From: Lama guanicoe
Taxonomy: Eukaryota
DNA: 64,000 nucleotides
Direction: 5' to 3'
NCBI GenBank assembly: GCA_013239625.1
Contig: MU053994.1
Location: 3,229,589 to 3,293,588 of the forward strand
Shown: positions 1 to 13,784 of the stretch, in pieces
Layout: every line of letters begins with the position of its first letter
Position numbering within the stretch: position 1 is the stretch's first letter
Translations under genes and position numbers: made by a program
Notes under the pieces: generated by a model
Told to the model about the DNA's origin: nothing
The model's input: only the letters and a program-made list of their open reading frames with translations
Databases searched by the model: none

Positions 1-1480
1 TTCTTGGAGGAGCTCAAGCTAACGATGTAGGAGACCAATTTGTTGGTTTCCTCATTAAATAAGAGATCGGAAGTCAAAAGGGGCTTCCCATAGGTCGTTG
101 CAAACGGGCTAAGTTTTAAAATTCCCTTTGGGGTCATCCTGGTCTGTAGAAAGGCTACAGGGAGGAGGGAGGCCCAAGTTTCCGAAGTCTCTTGGCACAG
201 CTTAGCAAGCGTTCTTTGTAGAATATGATTGGCTTTTTCCACCTTGCCTGAGGATCGGGGCCTCCAGGAAGAGCGGAGGCGGTAGTTAATACCCAGGGCT
301 GAGGAAACCTGTTGGTTCACCTTGGCAGTGAAGGAAGGTCTGTTACCACTCTGTAGCCTCTTGGGTAACCTGAGTCTTGGAATTATCTCTTTAAGCAGAA
401 ACTTGGATACTTCTGTTGCCTTTTCAGTCCTAGCAGGGAAAACTTATGTTCATCCTGTAAATGTGTCTATGAATACCGGTACTTAGCTCCATCCCCTACA
501 TTGGGGGCATTTGGGTCAAGTCCATTTGCCAGTCTCCCCCAGATAGGTTCCCTGAAGTTGTATAGGCCAAGTTAAGGGTGGAGGTATAGGGTGGCTTCTT
601 GGGTCATTGCAGGCACAAAGTCTGCAAGCCCTGGTGACATTTAACAGTTTGGGACAGTCTCTCACCCAGGAACACCAGAGTAACCAGTTTGAATAGGGAG
701 TCCCGCCCTAAGTGGGAGGATTTGTGGAAGCGCTTAATTTTCCATTCCTCGGCCCCAGGAGTGAGAAGCTTGTTATCTTTTGTCAGTCACCCTGAGTGGT
801 CTCCTTCCAGCCCCCTACACGAGCCCACTCGAGTTCTCCAGGCGTACAGCCTGGCATTGTTGGGAAGGGGGAAAGGGGAGTGAGGGGTATGAGAGCTGCA
901 TCTTGTTGGACCAGTTGTTCTTTGACTGCAGTCTTAGCGGCCTTATCAGCCAGGGTGTTCCCCCCTATAAGGGAGGTGTTGCCTTTAGTGACCTCTGCAG
1001 TGAATGACTGTAACCTCCTTTGGAGGCTGGACGGCTTCCAGGAGTTCTAGGATTTCTGCCTGGTGTTTTATAGGGGACCTTTTGGCTGTTAGTAGTCTCC
1101 TTTCTTTCCACATGGCAGCGTGGGCACGGAGCACTGGGGATCCATACCTGGAATCAGGATATATATTAGTTCTCAATCCCCTTCCCAGCTGGAGTGCTCT
1201 GGTCAAGGCAATCGACTCGGCCTTTCGGGTGGAAGCGTGAGCTGGCAGAACTCCAGACTCAACAGTTGTCTGCAGGCTGAGTGTGGCAGAGCCGGCCTTT
1301 CTCACCCCTTCGTATATAAAACTGCTTCCATCAGTAAACCGTTCTGCGTCGGGATTGGTCAGGGGCTCATCCTTGAATTTGGATGGTCAAGCTCAAAACC
1401 ACAGGCAAATCCGGGCTGTGGAGGGAAGGAAATAGCTCCCGTCGATGTCGGATAAACTTTGTTCACTCTTCAACCAGTTC
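1..1480 (-). mobile_element. Decayed class I (gamma-like, ERV1) endogenous retrovirus pol fragment: RNase H and integrase
   Basis: ORF 985-1305 has RNase H motifs (KAESIALTRAL, DSRY, VIHCRGH). Lower coordinates read PGEDWQMDLTQMP, KEIIPRLRLP and SSGKVEKAN (integrase core), interrupted by stops. Confidence 0.88.
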
Positions 1481-1879
1481 CCACTTATGAAGCGCTTATT
1501 CTGGGCTGGGCACTGAGCTAAGTTGCTATTGGGAGTGAAAAGTAAGACACAGCGGCCTAGTATGGGAGGAGGACATGTACACAAAGCATGGCAGTTCGGG
1601 GAGACTGAATTCATGAATACATGAATTCAGCACAGTGGGGATGTTGGAGAAGGGTGTACAGAGGAAACGGTTCCTGAACTGGGTTCTGAAGTGAGCAGGA
1701 GCCCTTAGCTGGAGAAGAGGAAAGGCATTCCCAGCTAACGGAACAGCACCAGCAAAGCCACGGAAGCTTAGAAGAACGTGGCCCAGTGCAGGTGACCACA
1801 AGATGACTGTGTGATGAGGAATGATGGGAAATGAGGCTGGTGAGGATGCAGAAGAAGATTGGCAACATGTAGTAAGCAT

Positions 1880-2070
1880 CTAATATGCCCCTGGTACTGT
1901 GCTAAGTACTTGATGGACACTGAATTTTTACAACAGCATGGTATTATTATCCCCATTTCACAGATGAGCAAACGGAGACTCAGAGGTTAGGCATGTTAAC
2001 AGAGACCACACAAGGACTCGGTAGGGCTGATACTTGAATTAAATCTGACTGCAGGAGCTATTCTCTCAAA
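1880..2070 (+). mobile_element. MIR SINE fragment (strand uncertain)
   Basis: MIR core tattatccccatttcacagatgagcaaacggagactcagagg. Confidence 0.7.
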
Positions 2071-2139
2071 CAGTTAAGACTTTTTTCCTGGCAGTGTTGG
2101 AGGATGCCATGGAAGTTTGCTCTTACCTATCTTTCATCT

Positions 2140-2570
2140 ATTTATTTATTTCTGGCTTCATTGAGATATAATTCACACACCATACAATTCTTCCATTTAA
2201 ACCATTCAGTGGTTTTTAGTATACTCACAGGGTTGTGCAACCATCACCATGATCAATTTAGAACATTTTTATCACCCCCAAAACAAACCCTGTATCCATT
2301 AACAGTCACTCCCCATTTCCCCCAGCTCTTGGCAAACACCAGTCTACTTTCAGTCTCTCTAGATTTGCCTGTTTTTGACATTTCATACAAATAGAATAAT
2401 ACGTATGTGGTTCTTTGTGTCTGGCATCTTTCACTTAGTATGTTTTCAAGGTTCATCCATGTTGTAGTGTGTGTTAGAATTTTGATCCTTTTTATGGCTG
2501 GATCATATTCCATTGTATGGATCAACCATAATGCATAAACCATTATTTATCTATTCATCAGTTGATGGTC
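2140..2570 (-). mobile_element. Old L1M 3' fragment
   Basis: Typical L1 3' region; the minus-strand ORF reads HTMEY..AIK..TTWMNLENI. Confidence 0.75.
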
Positions 2571-2580
2571 CTTAGAAGCT

Positions 2581-2791
2581 TTTTTTTTTAAGTTGAAGTA
2601 TAGTCAGTTACAACGTGTCAATTTCTGGTGTACAACATAACGTCCCAGTCATACATATACATAACATTCTTTTTCATTATAGGTTACTACAAGATATTGA
2701 ATATCGTTCCCTGTGCCATACAGAAGAAATTTTGTTTCTTATCTATTTTATATATAGTAGTTAGTACTTGCAAATCTCGAACCCCAAATTT
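2581..2791 (-). mobile_element. 5'-truncated younger L1 3' end with target-site duplication (TSD)
   Basis: Poly(T) at 2581; TSD cttagaagct (2571-2580) / cttataagct (2792-2801). Confidence 0.75.
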
Positions 2792-3239
2792 CTTATAAGC
2801 TTTTAGGCTAAGGTGAAACAGGAAGTGTTGTGATTTAGAAATCTTATTTTGGTGAGTCTGGAAGTGAGATGAGGTGAGGCTAGAGGCAGGGAAACAGGGT
2901 GTCATTTCAGTGGCCACTGAAAGAAAGAATGAAGGCTTCCTGAGTAAGGATCAGGCTTGGCCTCTCCCTCATCTTGGAATGCCCCCACATAGGAAGAGGG
3001 GAGTAAAGCAATGCTAAATGACCGCCGTAGAGCACTAAAAAACACATTGTCCTCCTTTCACCCCCTCCCCCCAAAGGTGAGAGGATCAAGGACTGGTGGT
3101 AGAGATGAGGAGACACATTGGAGAGGGGCTTAGAAGGTGAAAATATGACAAGAAACTAGAAACTTCATACAGGATTCCTATTTGCTTTTGCTAATCCACG
3201 CCCTTTGGGTTTCATCTTCCATCCTGAGATGCTTATCAG

Positions 3240-5290
3240 AGATTTTTCGTGCAATATTCTCGTACAAGTGTGTGCGTTTCCATTGTATATACACCTAGGA
3301 GTGGAATAACTGGGTCATGGGGCATTCATATCTTCGGCTTTAGTTGATAATGCCAAGTTTGCCAATTTACATTCCCTTCCTCGGTGTATGAAGTCGCTAT
3401 TGCTCCACACTGTTACCAATACTTGCTACTGACACCACCAGTGTATTGAATGTATAGTGATATCTGGATGTTTTAATGTATACTTCCCTGATTACTACTG
3501 AGGCTGAGAATATTTTCACATGTTTATTGGTTAGTTAGATGTCTGCTTTTGTGAAGTACCTGTTCAAGTTCCATACATCTTTCCACTGGGTTGTGTGTCT
3601 TATTGATTTGTAGGAAATCACCCATTGACATATATATATTTTTGCCTTTTCATCTTCTTAATCATGTATTTTGAAAATAGTCTTAATTCATTAGTAAGAT
3701 CCTAAATTTAGCAGTTTCACTTATCAGTCTCTATGATTTGTGCTTTTTGTGTCCTATTTAAATCATCTTTTCCTGCCTTACATTATGAGAATATTCTAGA
3801 ACACTATTTTGTAGAAGCTTTGTTTCACGTTTCCCATTTGATTCTATATTCTGTCCAGAGTTGATTTGTGTGTATGATGTAAAGTAGGAATCAATAATTA
3901 TTTTTTCCACATGGTTAACCAATTGTGCTCGCATTATTTACTGAAAAGACTGCACTTTCCCCTCTGCCCACTGCTCTGCCAGTGTCCAAATATACTGGGA
4001 CTGTTTCTGGGGCTATTTTATTCCACTGGTTTATATACCTATCCTCGTGCTAAAACCACACCGTTTACTTACTGTAGCTTTATGGTAAATCTTAAGTCTT
4101 TAGACTCACAGATATAGAATACAAACTTACAGTTACCAAATGTGAAAGGGAGGCTGGGAGGGACAAATTAGGAGTATGAGATTAACAGAACTACTATACA
4201 TAAAATAGATAAGCAACAAGGATTTACTATATAGCACAGGGAATTACACACAATATCTTATAATAACCTACAATAGAATATAAATAGCAAAAAAACCCCA
4301 AAAACCCAAACACCAAAACTGAATCACTGTGCTGTACACCTGAGACTAACATAATATTGTAAATCAACTATACTTCGATTAAAAAAATCTTTAGAGGAAG
4401 TTTTCCCACCTTGTTTTTCTCTGTCGGATTGTCTTGACTATTCTTTGGAATTTTCAGGTAAATTTTATAATCAGTTTGTCAGTTTCCACAAATAAAACAG
4501 AACAAACCAAAAAAATCTTGTTAGAATGTTGAATTCGATTGCATTGAACCCATAGATGAATCTGGGGAGAATTGACATCTTCATGATGTTGCGTCTTCCC
4601 ATCCATTTCTCCCTTTATTTAGGTCTTTTGAGCTTTCCAATAACGTTTTATAAACTATAACCTACATAGGAGTCTTGCGTGTCTTTCGTTAGACTTATTC
4701 CTAGGTGGTTGATGTTGTTCAAATCTTCTACATCCCTACTAATTTTTTTGTCTTCTTGTCTTTCATTACTGAGAGAGGTATACTAAAATAGCCCACTATT
4801 ACGTTGATTTGTCTATTATTCCTTGAAATTCTGTCATTTTTTCCCCTTTGCTTTGAGGCTAGATTGTTAGGTGATTACCAGTATAGAATTGTTATATCTT
4901 CCTAGTGGACTGAACTTTTTTATTTTACGATGAAATGATCTCTAATAATGCCTTTTGCCTTCAAGTCTCTTTTCTTTAAAATTAACATAGCTACAGTGGC
5001 TTCTTTTGGTTAGTATTTTCATAATACATCTTTTCAGTCCTTTTATTTTAAACCTTTCTTTGCCCAATGCTTAAAATGTGTCTCATAAGTCTAGAGATTA
5101 AAATTTTAAAAAGTACAGTCTGACTATCTTTTTCTTTTAATTGGAGCACTTAGTCTAGTTCCATTTAATGAAATTTAAAAAATACATTTGACTCTACACT
5201 TTCTTGCTAAGGCCCTCCTGTTGTATTATTATTTTTTCTCTTTTTTGCCTTCTGTTGGAATGATTATTTTTAATTTTTCCAAGTTTTATT
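3240..5290 (-). mobile_element. Degenerate L1M fragments, with a nested plus-strand L1 3' end at about 4100-4387
   Basis: T-rich antisense L1 ORF2-like sequence; the nested piece ends tcaactatacttcgattaaaaaaa. Confidence 0.65.
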
Positions 5291-5309
5291 AGTTTGGAAG
5301 TTATACACT

Positions 5310-5439
5310 TTTTAAAAAAAATTTTTGGGGGGATGTGATTAGGTTTACTTACTTATTTTTAGAGGAGGTAGTAGGGATTGAACCCAGGACCTCATGCATG
5401 CTAGGCTTGTGCTCTACCACTTGAGCGCTACCCTCCCCC
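5310..5439 (-). mobile_element. tRNA-derived SINE (Vic-1-like, camelid)
   Basis: tRNA-like head with A/B boxes; 15-bp TSD tggaagttatacact at 5295-5309 and 5440-5454. Confidence 0.85.
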
Positions 5440-6685
5440 TGGAAGTTATACACTCTTATTCTTCCTTTAGTGGTTACTCTAAACTTACATCCTTGAACCA
5501 CAAAAGTTTAACATTAATTAATGCTCATACTGTCTCCCTTGACAATGTAAAGACCTCAAGACATAGTAACTCTCTTTATGTTCTTCCCAACTTATCTGTC
5601 AGAGTTAGCACATATTTTAATTCTTTGTGTGTTTAAAACCCAACCCAACATTATTGTTACTCATTTGTACAGATGTATCCATCTATTTACCTATTCCTCA
5701 TGCGCCTAGTTATCTTTTGTTGTCTGTCAGATGGTGTAGCTGCTGAATTATTTGTGGAAAATATTCGAGGCCTAGGGTGCTGTTAATTTCCTCCAGAGAT
5801 GAATGACATTTTCTTCTGCGAGGCGCCTGGGCGCAGGCAATCTGGGATCACCTCCATCAGATGTCAGGGCTTGAAGGTTTGAAGCTGAGCAGTCACTGTG
5901 AGGTTCTGTCTAATCCTGGAAGGCCAACTTCCAGGGTCCACACTGAGAGTGAGGGAAGTTCATTAGTCCCTCCTCCTTCTCCCCCCGCCCCCACCCCACA
6001 GACATGCTCATCCCTTCCCCCCACCCCTGGGAAGCTGTCACAAGTGCTTCTGGGCCTCCTCCTCTGGAATGGGCACATGTCCCCAGGGGAAAGGGCCTTA
6101 AATGCTCACTTACTCCCTTGGGCATCAGTTTCCTCCCAGATCCTGGCCCTGTAATTCTTCACTATCTTGTTGGTTTGCTAATAACTTCTCCAAACAGATG
6201 TTTTAAATATTTCAGTCAACCGTTTCATTTGTCTGAAGTATGAGGCTTGGTACAGATCACATAGTCTGCTATTCGTGGAGTGCAAAACCCCTTATTTAGA
6301 CTTTAATTTCTAATTTTCCTGATTATTTGTGAGTTTCTAGAAAGGTCATACAGATTTTATCTTCAGTGAGTTGCCTGTTTATATACATGCTCATTTTTTC
6401 CCTTTTGAAATAGATTTTTAGGAATTTTTATGAATTATGGATAATTCTTTGTTAGTCACATGTGCCACTAGCATCATCTTCAGGTGTGTAGTTTATCTCT
6501 TTAATTTGTTTATGGCGTCTTCTGAAAACAACTTTTTTTAAAAAAAAAAACCTTTATTGTGGTATCGTTCTTGTACAGTCAACTACACATATTTCAGATG
6601 TACCATTTGATTTTTGATAGATGTATACACCAGTGAAACCACCACCACAGTCAAGATAGCTATTTCCATCACTCCCCAGAAGGTG

Positions 6686-8700
6686 CAATTTTTGAACTCC
6701 CAATTTAACCCTTCCTATCCCCTGTACTCCCTGGTAACCATAAGTTTATTCTCTGTGCCTGTGAGTCTGTTTCTGTTTTGTAGATAAGTTCATTTGTGTC
6801 CTATTTTTTTTTAAGATTCCACCTATAAGTGATACCATATGGCATTTTTCTTTTTCTTTCTGGCTTATTTCACTTAGAATGACGATCTCCAGCTTCATTC
6901 ATATTGCTGCAAATGGCATTATTTTATTCCTTTTTATGGCTGAGTAGTATTCCATTGTATAAATATACTACATCTTCTTTATCCAGTCATCTGTTGATGG
7001 ACATTTGGGTTGTTTCCATGTCTTGACTATTGTAAATAGTGCTGCTGTGAACATTGGGCTTCTGTGAACATTGGGGGTGCATGTGTCTTTTTGAATTATA
7101 TTTTTCTCCAGGTATATGCCCAGGAATGGGATTGCTGGATCATATAATAAGTGTATTTTTAGTTTTTTAAGAAACCTCCATATACTGTCCTCCATAGTGG
7201 CTGCACCAATTTGCATTCCCACCAACAGCATAGGAGAGTTCCTTTTCCTCCACACCCTCTCCAGCATTTATTGTTTGGAGACTTTTTAATGATTACCATT
7301 CTGACTGGTGTGAGGTGATACCACATTGTAGTTTTGATTTGCATTTCTCTAACAGTGATGTTGAGCATCTTTTCATGTGCTTGTTGGCCATCTGTATGTC
7401 TTCTTTGAAGAGATGTCTATTTAGGTCTTCTGCCCATTTTTTGATTGGATTGCCTTTTTTTTATATTAATTGTATGAGCTGTTTGTACATTTTGGAAATT
7501 AGTCCCTTGTTGGTCACATCATTTGCAAATATTTTCTCCCATTCTGTAGGTTGTCTATTCGTTTTGTTGATGGTATCCTTAGCTGTACAAAAGCTTTTAA
7601 GTTTAATTAGATCCCATTTGTTTATTTTTGCTTTTTTTCACATTACTGCAGGAGGTGGTTCAAAAAATATATTGCTGTGATTTATGTCCAAGAGTGTTCT
7701 GCCTATGTTTTCCTCTAGGAGTTTTATAGTATCTGGTCTTACATTTAAGTCTTTAATCCATTTTGAGTTTATTTTTGTATGTGGTGTTAGAGAATGTTCT
7801 AATTTTAGTCTTTTTCAGGTAGCTGTCTAGTTTTCCCAGCATCGCTTATTGAAGAGACTGTCTTTTCTCCATTGTATATTCTTGCCTCCTTTGTTGTAGA
7901 GTAATTGAGCATAAGTGCATGGGTTTATTTCTGGACTTTATATTCTGTTCAACTGATCTGTTTTTGTGCCAGTACTGGATTATTTTGATTACTGTAGCTT
8001 TGTAGTGTAGTCAGAAGCTGGGGAGCCTTATTCCCCCAGCTCCATTCTTCTTTTTCAAGATTGTTTTGGCCATTTGGGGTTTTTTGTGCTTCTGTACAAA
8101 TTGGAACACTTTTTTGTTCCAGCTCTGTGAAGAATGTCGCTGGTAATTTGATAGGGATTGCATTGAATCTGCATATTGCTTTGGGTAGTATGGCCATTTT
8201 AACAGTATTGGTTCTTCCAATCCAAGAACATGGTATATCTTTCCATTTGTTTATGTTGTCTTCAATTTTCTTCATTAGCATCTTAGAGTTTCTGGAGTAC
8301 AGGTCCTTTGCCTCCTTGGGTAGGTTTATTCCTATGTATTTTATTATTTTTGGTGTGATGGTGAATGGTATTGTTTCCTTAATTTCTTTTTCTGCTCTTT
8401 CATTGTTAGTGTATAGAAATGCAACTGATTTCTTTATATTAATTTTGTGTTCTGCAACTTTACCAAGTTCATCGATGAGTTCTAGTTTTATGGTTGCTTC
8501 TTTAGGGTTTTCCATGTATAGTATGTCATCTGCAGTGACAATTTTACTTGTTTGTTTCCAATTTGGATTCCTTTTATTTCTTTTGCTTCTCTGATCGTTA
8601 TGGCTGGGACATCCAAAATTATGTTGAATAAAAGTGATGAGAGTGGGCATCCTTGTCGTGATCCTAATCTTAGAGGAAATGCTTTCAGCTTTTCCCCATT
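6686..8700 (-). mobile_element. L1 ORF2 3' portion (end of RT and C-terminal domain), frameshifted
   Basis: ORF fragments [64 protein letters not shown]. Confidence 0.92.
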
Positions 8701-11700
8701 AAACAGAACTTTTTAGTTTTTAATTATATTAACTTTATCAGTCTTTTTCTTTTATGGCTTATACATTTTGGGTTTTAAGAAATTAGTCCCTTAGCCCGAG
8801 GTCGTAAAAATATTTTACACACACATATACATGTATGTGTGAAATATTACATTTATATGTGTTTTAGGTTTAAAGGTTGCTTTCAGTTAGGTCTTTTAGG
8901 CATCAAAAATTTTATGTATGGTGAGGTAGGGATGCGATTTTAATTTTTTCTGTATAGATAATTCAATAGAATCGTCCTTGATTTCACCACTGCACTGAAG
9001 TCCCACTTTGTCATATCGAGTCTCCCGTACTTGTGGCTCTGTCTCCGAGATCTCCACTCAATTCTTTGGGCCTCCTTGCCTTTTCCTGCACACTGCTTTT
9101 ATTATGTCAACTAAGCCCTCTAACATGCTTTATTTTCTGTTTGGGCAACCCTCCCCTTAAGATGTTTAGTCTTTTCAACCTCAGACAATCCTCCATTGTA
9201 GTTTGTTTAGAAAAGTGACCGGTGTAGTTCAGCCAGCTGAAGTGGACAGCTTGAGTTCTCGTACAGGGATCCAGAGTGCTTCTTAGGGGAATAAACTGTT
9301 TTGACCACATTTCATGACTTGGCATGAGGTGTCCTTGGACTTCATGCTGCCTCTTTCCCCCTCTCTGCCACTATCTGATCCTCCCTGTCCAGGGCTATGC
9401 GGCTGGAGGAGGCTGTCATCACAGGGGAATGGGAGGCACTCAGGCTGTCGAGAGATCAGGGCCTGAGGGTGACACCAGGCCAAGTCACAGGACTGGCTTT
9501 CCTGTCTTCAGCCACTGCTACGCCTCTGATATGGGCCACCAGACAGCCAGCTGCGAAGGGCTCAGGTTTTGCTCGCGTTAACTCATTTTAAAAACTGTCA
9601 ATAGGCAGTCCCTTAGAGCTATCTGAGAGGCTGTCTCCTGGGTTTGAAGTCCTCAGAAAATCCACCAAATAAGTCATGACTCTCAAAAAAACAAAACAAA
9701 ACTGTAAATAGCTTCCATCTACCTTAGCGTCACTGGAGCAATGATGGCTGTAACCATGTATAAAGTAATGTAAACTCCCCAGTCACCCGGGCTCCACTAA
9801 CAGGGCCGGGTACCACCTTGTGCAGAGAAGGAGGGCGAGGAAGAGGGCTTTCAGGGAGGAGGGAGAAGGCCGAGGAAGTTCCCAGCAGGTGCGGGTCCTC
9901 CTCACTTAATGCTCACGAGCAGCCTATCAGGTGGACGTGCTTCTCTGTATTTCATCCATGGGAAAACTCAGCTGGGGGTGGGGGAGCTAAGCCAGGTGCC
10001 CAAGACACGCAGGTGAAAGCGGCAGGAGTCCGCAGCCTGGACTTGCTCGGCCACCCGCCCCCAGGCCCCCAGCTGTGAGTCAGGGAGGGGAGCACAGTGA
10101 AGAGACATGGAGACAGAACCACAGAATTGTCCCTGCCGTGTTGTCCCAATGTCCCCTGACCTAAGGGAGCAAGGGAATGAGTTTGAGAGCCATTAAAAAA
10201 CACCTTAAATATTATAAGTAAAATTGTAAGATAAAGAAATTTCACTTATTATCCTACCTTCATAACACCACCGCTGTTTGAAATTAGGGATATTTCTTTG
10301 TGGTTAAGAGCTCTCGGCCAGAAGACTGAGGAAGCAGGTACATACACCAAGGTGTGCGAAGCACTCGGTGCCTAGAACATCAGAGTGACTGCTCAGTCAG
10401 TGTCACTGGTTGCCTTTATTATTTTTAGATTCTCTTGTTAAAGTGGGTTCAGAGAAACAATTACCATGTGAAAAATATGAACTTTAATTTTTGTAGTAGA
10501 TGTCACCGTGTTACTTGCAGTGCTATAAGTAGTGGTTGAAAATGCCAGTTTCATTGACACACACACACTAGCTTTGAGTATCATAATTTTTAAAGTACGC
10601 TAAGTAATGGGTCAGTAGAAGACCAAGTTTTTTTACTTTAACTTATTTCCTTGATCATTGAGACACTTTTCAATGTTTTTTAATAGTAGCTCTATTTATA
10701 AATCTGTTAAACATTCATGTCCTCTGTTCATATATTGTGATGTTAGTATTTTTAACCAGTTTATATAAGTTCATTGTATAATAAATATATCCACTCTTTG
10801 TATATCGTATTTGCTGCAAAATGTCTTTGTGAGTTTGTGGTCTACAACTTTTTCATATAGAGGTTTTTATTTTTATGGGATCAAATCTTTGAGTTGCTTC
10901 GTGACTTCTGAGTAAACTTAAAAAAGTTACTCTCTTCCAGAGTTTCACTGACTATTTAATTCTGTATTCTTTTCATTTTCTATCACTTCATCAAAGAATT
11001 CTTTGTCGAAAACTAGTTTTGGTGTATGGGGTCTTAATTGTTTTAGCTTTGGAACATTACAATCTGGAAGGGCTACTGACACCTCTTCTTTCCCTAGCAT
11101 TTCCTTTAATTAAAATTAAAATGAGACAAAAAATCACTGTTTATTCTTCTTGATGAATAATCATCTTACAAAAGTCCAACATTTCTGCTTAGATTTTGAT
11201 TTGGTATTAAACCTACACATCGATTTGGAAAACATTGATGCCATTAAAATACTTAGTTTTTTCCATCCAGGAACATTTCTCTGTTTATTCCAGTCTTTTA
11301 CATTCTCAGTGCAGCTTTGTCTTCTTTTTATATAAATGGATTTTGTTGGTTTTTAAAAACTTGTTGCAATTGAGAATGGCATTCTTTTACCATTAAAATT
11401 TTCTAACTTTATTGTCAATATGTAAGAATACCATTGAGTTCTGAGTGTTTTTGTACCTGCTTTTTATTAACTTGAATGGATCTCCAGTTGTTCTCTTTGG
11501 CATTTTAAGGTATGTGCTATTAGTAGCAAATCTGGACAATTTTGTCTCATCTTTTCCAATGCTTATACTTTGTTTTGTTTCTGGGTGGTGCTTTAAAAGT
11601 AGTATTAAACAATTATGGTAGGAAGAAGATATTTTAGTATGTGTTTTAATATGCCCCCCTCACTGCATTAAAAAATAGATACATATATTTTCATGGAAAA

Positions 11701-13778
11701 ATACTAGCCTTACAGAGGTGCACAGAAGTGTTTATAGCAGTTGTCTCTGAGTAACGCAATCTGGTTGAAGTCTTTTTGTTTATCCTAATCATACTATGAA
11801 GATCACTGTTACTTAGATAATTTAAAAGATAATGGCAGTTGTAATGCCTTTAGTGTGTCACTTTTAGGTGGCTGATGTATGGTGAGGATATTTTCTATCC
11901 TTTACTTAAGTTTTTGTTTCTTTTCAAATTAGAAGTGGGTGTTGAATTTTGTGAATTTTTTTTGGCAGCTGCAAAGATGATCATGATCTTTCTTTTTTCT
12001 TATATGTAACTGAGGTAGATTTTACCTACAATAAAACGCACAGGTCTTAGGTGTTCACTTCAATGTGTTTGACATATACCCACGCGACTACCACCCCAAA
12101 TAAGAAATAGAACATTTCCACCACCGCAGAAAGTTCTAGGGGAAATCCTGTGGTAAGCTGTTGATTGGTGTGGCTGAGCCTTCACCACCAGCCTGTGAAC
12201 AGCCTTGATTTCTCCATCTCCAGCCTCGGTTTTGCGTCTTGAGGACCTGGAGCCACACGGAGGTCCCCACAGGCTGTCCCTGCTCCGGTCGTTCGGCTGA
12301 CCACTCTGGGGACAGAAAGGAGCCTGATTCTCTGGCGGGCAAGTGGCCATGGGGTGGGGGGAGACAAAGCTGCCTTCTGACAGGCGACGAGGGGATAGTG
12401 GCAGCTCAGAGCTTTCAGTGATCTAAGAGCATGTCTGTCTATGGCCAAACCATCTTTGGGCACCTGTCCCTGAGATGTGAACCTCAGGAACGGCGTAGAA
12501 AGGATGTGCAGTGACCCCATGCAGCCTTGACCTTGACCATGGGGTTTCACCGGAGGCCCCATGGCTTGTGTGCTCATTCCTTGATTGAGAAAGTCAGACG
12601 CCACCTTCTGGGGCTTTCTCTCCTGGAGCGCCTTGTCTCTTTGGCTGGGTTGCCAGCTGCCCTACTACATTGTCTTTCAAAGGGGCTTGGTACTAATTCT
12701 TGGTGACCTTGAACTCATGGTCACTGTCTACTACCCTGCACCAATCTCTTGTGTTCTTTTTGTGGATTCCCAGTCTCTGCTGCAGGGGGTCATGGAATGG
12801 TACCCAGTGTCATTTATTCAGCTTATCATATTACTGCCAACTGGGGAAGATACATGTTTCTGTTCACGTCTGCCCACTTAATACTGACATGTTGGGCGTG
12901 TTTTCAGTGCCATGAAGTGCAGAAAATAAGGTCAATGGGAGCATTGTGCTTTTGATCCTCTGTATGTCTAGGGTAAGAAGTCTGCAGGGAGACAACTTGG
13001 GAGTCCGCGTCAAAAGGCCAGGGGCCCAGTTTCTTGGGTCTGAATGTGATCTAGGCACTTCTATATATTTTTGGTAGGGTGAGGTTTACTTGAGTAAAGC
13101 AAATAATTGCTCCTATTTGTTTCCTTAATACGAGTCCTCTTAAAGTGACCAGGAAAAAAAAAAAAGAGCGCTGCGAGCACGTTTGGGCCAGGCTATTTCT
13201 GGGGCTGAGAGCACTGGACACGTGCAAGTGTGGGTGTCTGAAGCCACCATGGTTCTGTGCTTGGGCAGAGGCCAGGGCCAGGCCTGGGAAGGAAGGGTGG
13301 CAAGTAGGTCATTGAGGCATAAGAGGGGCGGCATCTCAGACCAAAGACCAGAGGCCGAAGCCAACCACCCAACACCGAGGGCAGCAGGCTTCCTCCTGGG
13401 CTTTCTATGCAAATGTTTAACAAAGGACAGCCTTTCCCTGCTGGGCGCCTACACCACTCAGATCAATTTAGACGGCTATTCTTAAGAGCTGTCACAACTT
13501 GGAATTTTTTCCCTATTTTTAAAGAAAATCTGAAGCTATTTTAGATCTGCATCCAAATGCAAGCAACTGAGTTTGAACTGCTCTCGGGATGCAGCTTGGA
13601 CCAGCCAGGCTGCCAGGATGGGCGCCGGGAGTCGGGGGCATGCTCCTCCAGGAGAGGGAAGGCCTTTGTGGGAAGGTCTGTGAGGCCTAACCCTCTCCCT
13701 CTGACCGTCGGGTGGTTTGTCCTCAAGCTGTTTGGCCTGCAATCTGAGGAGACAACTGCCTTTTCATGTTTTATACAT

Positions 13779-13784
13779 TTTATT
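13779..13784 (-). promoter_or_regulatory. Candidate distal polyadenylation signal AATAAA
   Basis: Minus strand reads GTATGAATAAAATGTATAAAACATG. Confidence 0.55.

Noticed and set aside
8061..8594. 177-aa hydrophobic plus-strand ORF
   Set aside because: It is the antisense frame of L1 ORF2, a common artefact.
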